A DNA stretch of 63,452 bases, counting the filler, from Stramenopiles sp. TOSAG23-2 (Eukaryota), in NCBI GenBank assembly GCA_900128395.1. It is 14 parts of 14 records of this genome, joined end to end, with 100 filler letters (N's around TTAATTAATTAA, not from the genome) between each part and the next. Parts side by side here need not be neighbours in the genome. Positions count along the whole stretch, not along the records: positions 54,511 to 58,932 come from LT650902.1; positions 59,033 to 63,452 come from LT650903.1; 12 more parts are not named here. One strand, given 5' to 3'. How positions within the stretch are numbered: position 1 is the stretch's first letter; each line of letters opens with the position of its first letter. The translations under genes were made by a program, and so were the position numbers. Shown here in pieces: positions 58,168-63,452 of this stretch. Under the pieces are notes generated by a model that worked only from the letters and a program-made list of their open reading frames with translations, was not told the origin of the DNA and did not search any database.

Positions 58168-58453
58168 ATAATATTATTGGCTTGTATTATAAAAGTCCAT
58201 TATTAAAAAAAAATGAATTGCAAAATAGTATTTTTATAATAAAATAATTAATAAAAAATTTACATTTTTACATTTTAATTTTGTTTGTTTAAATTCTTAT
58301 ACATATATATATATATATATAATTTAGATTTCATACTTCAATTATATAACCTAGTGTAATTAAAAAAAAGTTTGAAACATATTAATTATATATAATATAT
58401 ATATATACGAGTAATATAAAAATATATTATATACGCAATTAAATTAAGTAAAT

Positions 58454-58932
58454 ATGACATCCGTTGCAAATAATAATAACAAGGATGATGAGAGCAAAGG
58501 TGAAGACATTACGAATAACAATGTAGAAGTTATGGAATCTAATGTTATTCAAGAAATGAGTGAAATGAATATAATTATCAAAGATGACCTATCATTCATT
58601 GATATATTGCCAAGTGGTGGTGCTGGGCGGAATATTGTTTATACCATCCTTAGTATGTTAGATATGAAATCAGTAAGGTCATTGATCTATTCATCCTTTA
58701 TTCAATTATTTTGTAAAAATCGAAACGATGATACATTATATCAACTGTGTAAAGATATACAACATCAATTTAAAATGCAATTGGCGAAAGAATTAAAGAT
58801 TAAATACGAAGAAGAATTTCCACGCGGTACGCCAATAGTATGTGCATGTGAAAAAGGACGTTTTGAGGATGTGAAATTATTGATTACAGGTCATAATGAT
58901 GTGAATGGTAGTAATGGTAATAATAATAATAA
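58454..58932 (+). CDS. Ankyrin-family protein, 3'-truncated
   Basis: EFPRGTPIVCACEKGRFEDVKLLI...NGSNGN closely matches EFPKGTPLVCACEKGRLGDVILLI...NGSNGN in 16206-18130. Confidence 0.75.
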
Positions 58933-59495
58933 NNNNNNNNNNNNNNNNNNNNNNNNNNNNNNNNNNNNNNNNNNNNTTAATTAATTAANNNNNNNNNNNN
59001 NNNNNNNNNNNNNNNNNNNNNNNNNNNNNNNNTGTGTTCCAATATGTTTGTAGTAATGATATAAATTAATGATATATTACAATTTTGATTTAATAATAAT
59101 GTAGTGGAGATATTAATATATTAATATTGGACGTTGCGTGATAAAAATTGGACCGCTGCGTGGTATGATTTACACGGATGTGAATATAGATGAATCAATG
59201 CTTGTCAGATGAAATGTATTTGATATTTGTAATGGTGATGATGATTGGTTCGGTGGTGTAATTTACAGTGTTTGTAAATGTCTACATGTGCACATGTGAT
59301 ATATAATGTTTTTATGGGTTTTTATAACGTTTAGTTTTTTTCATTTTATGATTATTGAGGAGATAAAAAATGAAATTATGTTGTTTCTCTATGGCCGTGC
59401 ATGAGTATAGTAAGAAGTATAAAATACAAAAAATATGATATTATTGGATGGTAAAAATTTAGGGGTTGCTTTTACTTTTACTTCTTTTTTTTTTT

Positions 59496-61891
59496 TTATT
59501 TACGAACTCGATTACCATCTTTCCACATTCCATCATGACCGATAGAACCATCTGATTTAGTCCATTTACCATATCCATTGATCTTATCATCTTTAAATTC
59601 TCCAACATATACATCACCTTTATTCCGTCCACTATTCCATGTATATGTACCTTTTCCATTTCTCTTATTATCTTTATATGCACCAACATATACATCACCA
59701 TCAGCCCATGTATATGTACCTTTTCCATTTCTCTTACCATCTTTATATTCACCAACATATACATTACCATCAGCATATGTATATGTACCATTTCCATTTC
59801 TCTTATCATCTTTATATTCACCAACATATACATTACCATTAGCATATGTCATTTTACCTTTTCCATGTCTCTTACCATATTTATATTCACCAGCATATAC
59901 ACTACCACTAGCCCATGTTTTTTTACCTTTTCCGTGCGGTTTGTCATCTTTAAAGTCACCAACATATAAACCACCACTAACATATGCCATTTTACCTTTT
60001 CCACGTTTGTTATTATCTTTCCATTCACCATCATATACATTACCATTAGCATATATAATTTTACTAGCATATATAATTGTACCATTTCCATGCATCTTAT
60101 CATCTTTAAATTCACCAAGATACACATCACCTTTATTCGGTCCACTATTAAATGTATATGTACCTTTTCCATGTCTCTTATCATCTTTATATGCACCAAC
60201 ATATACATTACCATTAGCCCATGTATATGTACCTTTTCCATTTCTCTTACCATCTTTCCAATTACCATCATATACACTACCATTAGCATATGCCATTTTA
60301 CCTTTTCCACGTTTGCTATTATCTTTCCAATTGCCATCATATACATTACCATTAGCATGTGTATATGTACCTTTTCCATGTATCTTACCACCTTTCCAAT
60401 CACCATCATATACACTACCATTAGCATATGTCATTTTACCTTTTCCATGCCTCTTACCATCTTTCCACCACCCCTCATATTCATAACCTTCAACATATGT
60501 CATCTTTCCTTTTCCATGTGGTTTTCCATTTTTTTTTTCGCCCTCGTATACTTTACCACTTAAAAGTTCATCAAAGTTTACACTATCAACATCAAACTCA
60601 TTCAAAATTTCAAAATCGATTTCATTGTCAATTTCATCGGTCGCAATTTCATTATAAGTGTCATTATTATCATTATCAACACTCACCATGTGTACATTTA
60701 AATCATTTGGTGAAATACTTGCTGTTGCTGCTACTGCTGTTGAAGATGAAGAATGTTGATTTTGTAATTTATCAACAATACTATGTTGAAAGATAATATC
60801 AAATTTTTTATTCGTACCTTTATCAACGTAAAAAAAACCACCATTATCTTTTAACGTTGAAAGTTGCTCCGTTTCCTTTCCATGAGTTTTAATCCACATA
60901 TCTGCTTCTGTTGCTTTTATCGCTTCTAGAAATTTTCTCCCTGGATGATCCATATTTTTAACAAACGCTTGCAACCATGGTGAAAATTTGTCATTAGGAT
61001 CAGCTGCATATGCGGATTTTTTATATGTGCATGGATATTCAATTGCATAACCTGGCTTTTCATTTGATTGACATATATTGTTATGATCATGAAATGCATG
61101 GCAATGTGAAATTCGTAAATTTAATTTCTTGTCGTTAAAAGGTGTACGGCATGCACCATGAAAATAAAATCGTTTTGCATTATCATTGGCAAAATACTCA
61201 ACCACATCAACAATACCTGGTTTGTTTTTACTACCTTGAAATAACATCATTCCTCCTACCCCATCCTCAATAGCAGAGCAGTTATGTTTGCATGGTTTGT
61301 ATGCTCCGTATGCTCAGCACCATGTGTGCTAATAGCAACAAATATAAAATCTGCTTCAGGAAATATTTCTTGATTACTAACAAATTGCCATAATTGTTTG
61401 TGGACTTCTTCTTTACTTTCATTCCTCAATAGGCAAATCCTTCCATCTTCTTGTAATAAGGGCATCCACTCTTGCAATTTTGTTGACAAATTTTCCATAT
61501 CCCTTGCTCCATCAATGCTTCCTCGGCCATGTGATTCACAATCATTCCCAATTAATATTGCAACTGGTCGTTGTGGAATTTTTACTGAACCACGTAAACC
61601 ACGAAAAATCTTATTTTCACTTGCGACTTTCGTTTTTTTTAACTTTGTTGTCTTCAATACTTTATTTGCTTTTCGTTTACCATTTTGTGCAGTTATCAAT
61701 TGCTGTGATTTCCTTGAAGTTTCTGCAGCTAATTGCTTGCGTAACTGTTCAATAATAATATCTTTTTTCACAAGTTCTTTTTCTTGATTTGAATTTTCTT
61801 GGCTAAGTTGATTTCGTTCATTTTGAATTGCATTTAAATGAAAGTTTGGGTCTCGTACATTTTTACCACCAAATCTTCTGTGGTTCCACAT
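59496..61891 (-). CDS. Caspase-like (clan CD/C14) domain plus ~15 MORN repeats, split by a frame break near 61256-61320
   Basis: Upstream ORF: VAILIGN...GARDMENLSTKL...FVAISTHG. Downstream ORF: KRFYFHGACR...SPWLQAFVKNM, then YxGxWKDGKxxGKG repeats. Confidence 0.75.
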
Positions 61892-62670
61892 GTTACAACT
61901 TGCACGTATTTTAAATTAGTTTTCTTTCGTAATAATAATAATATAATAATTTTAATGAATGCAAAGAATTAATTTAGAAAAAAAAAATCAAAACTATAAC
62001 TATAAGATAAAATTCAATAGAAGTTGTGTAATAATCACAAATGTTGGTTATTCAATTCTATTTACCCAGCAAGCATATATATATATATATATAGCTCAAA
62101 TAATAATGGAAAAAAATTGTTCTAGGTATGTATATGTATACAATACAATAGATATATTTATTTATTTTACTACATTTTCTTAGTCTTTTTTTTGTATATT
62201 ATTACCGGTATTATTATAACTAACCACCAGGATTATCAGTACAGAGTGTATAATAGCTAGAATCTGTCTAGTTTCGTATTTTATCTGTTTATCTGCTTGC
62301 ACAAAATATTATATACTTTTTATATATAGGTATATTCTTTGGTTTACACTACTTGGAATCTCGCAATGCTAATAACTATTACATCACTATTTATATTACC
62401 ACATTGTACATTGTGTTCCTTGTTCCTTAATGAATTTAGTATGTTAGTATGTTAGTAGTTAATGAAGTACAGATATAGAAAATAAACACTGTGTAAACAC
62501 TGTAATTACTAAAATGTACCAAAATTCTTCTTCTGGAGAGTTTCTTTTTGTAAAGTGGTGTGTGTATGATAGACATTCTTTGTAATTTGTACTTGTTAGT
62601 TTATAACCTCGAAAACTACCTCTCTCGTCGGCGGCGGCATCAAATAGAAAACAACCCAAAAAACATTGAT

Positions 62671-62911
62671 CCCGATATAATTTTTACTGTGCCGGCCATT
62701 AGACAATTTTCGGTACAAATTTTTTAGTATACTGAAACACTATATTTACCTACCAAACACACAAATTAATCCAAAACTCACACTCGAAATTTATTGAAAA
62801 CCTGAAAACCGATTAATTTGTGTGTTTGATAGGTAAATATAGTGTTTAAGTATACTAAAAAATTTGTACCGAAAGTTTACGACTGGCCGGCACAGTAAAA
62901 ATTACATCGGG
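62671..62911. mobile_element. MITE/foldback-like palindromic element
   Basis: ~101-nt arms (62671-62771 and 62811-62911) are near-perfect reverse complements around a 39-nt spacer; no coding capacity. Confidence 0.65.
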
Positions 62912-63452
62912 GAATACATTTCCTATGGATTTATAATAATAAGCAAAACCTAATCTAGGTCCTAGACTTTTCAAAGAAAAGTCTAGTAAACCTGATAAAT
63001 AAAACTGTGCAGAAGTTGCTGCAGAAAAAATATCATATTCCTGTTCTCATGTTATAAGAATTATTCTCGTTGTGGTATATCAGCATAGGGCATTATAGAA
63101 TGCTATTTTTGTTAGAAAATGTTGCCCCACTACCTTTTTAAGACAAAGGGTATAATGGTTGGTCTTTTCTTCCCATTTGTGCTTATTGTTTCTTTGCATA
63201 TAACTCTCGCGAAACATTATGAGTATAAATCCCAAGAGGACAATACAATACTCAAAGCACAGACTTCCTGCCTAGAGACCTCAATGTCTACTTTCACATT
63301 TAGGTTGCACTATCCATTTCAAGACAATTCGAGTGATTTAGATTTAAATATATTGTCTAGTTTAGCTACCCGCAGCAAGCTTGTAGGCTTAGCAGCTCGT
63401 TGTGACTGGGTATTCGGTAATCCCGAGACAACAACCTGTGGTAACGAACATA

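Noticed and set aside
4463-59032. Regularly spaced TTAATTAATTAA motif within N runs, and gene neighbourhoods across them
   Set aside because: Artificial six-frame-stop linker between size-sorted contigs; no biological adjacency.
59459-60796. Long overlapping alternate-frame and antisense ORFs over the MORN array
   Set aside because: By-product of a repetitive, codon-biased coding sequence.
62945-63452. Moderate-GC sequence after the MITE-like element, including the small palindrome CTAGACTTTTC/GAAAAGTCTAG
   Set aside because: No sustained ORF or recognisable motif; cannot support a call.

Overview
Very AT-rich eukaryotic (protist-like, intron-poor, Asn/Gln-homopolymer-rich) draft sequence. 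It is not one locus: 14 short contigs (~4.4-4.5 kb, in decreasing size order) are joined by 100-nt N-TTAATTAATTAA-N linkers, so adjacency across linkers is meaningless. Several near-exact 94-143 bp duplications and one inversion look like assembly or amplification artefacts. Most contigs carry housekeeping genes: TFIIE-alpha, YIF1, mitochondrial carrier, EME1, m5U methyltransferase, RPA-interacting protein, Fe-ADH, kinesin, MCM-BP, nucleotide-sugar transporter, LONRF, cathepsin B-like, NACHT and ankyrin proteins. The most notable contig is 31856-36295, which has no credible protein gene. Read on the minus strand it is a dense cluster of about 8 box C/D and at least 5 box H/ACA snoRNA candidates, most with guides complementary to conserved rRNA segments, interspersed with splice donors and branch points. 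The cluster is bracketed by ~90-105 bp inverted repeats whose outer parts are (TATTCCG)n arrays, an arrangement resembling a non-autonomous foldback element with snoRNA cargo. Two H/ACA RNAs share an identical 3' hairpin but have different 5' hairpins. Also notable are a caspase-like (STHG...GACR) protease fused to MORN repeats with a frame break between its catalytic residues, and a 241-bp MITE-like palindrome. rRNA targets were assigned by eye against remembered conserved eukaryotic rRNA sequences, not this organism's rRNA.
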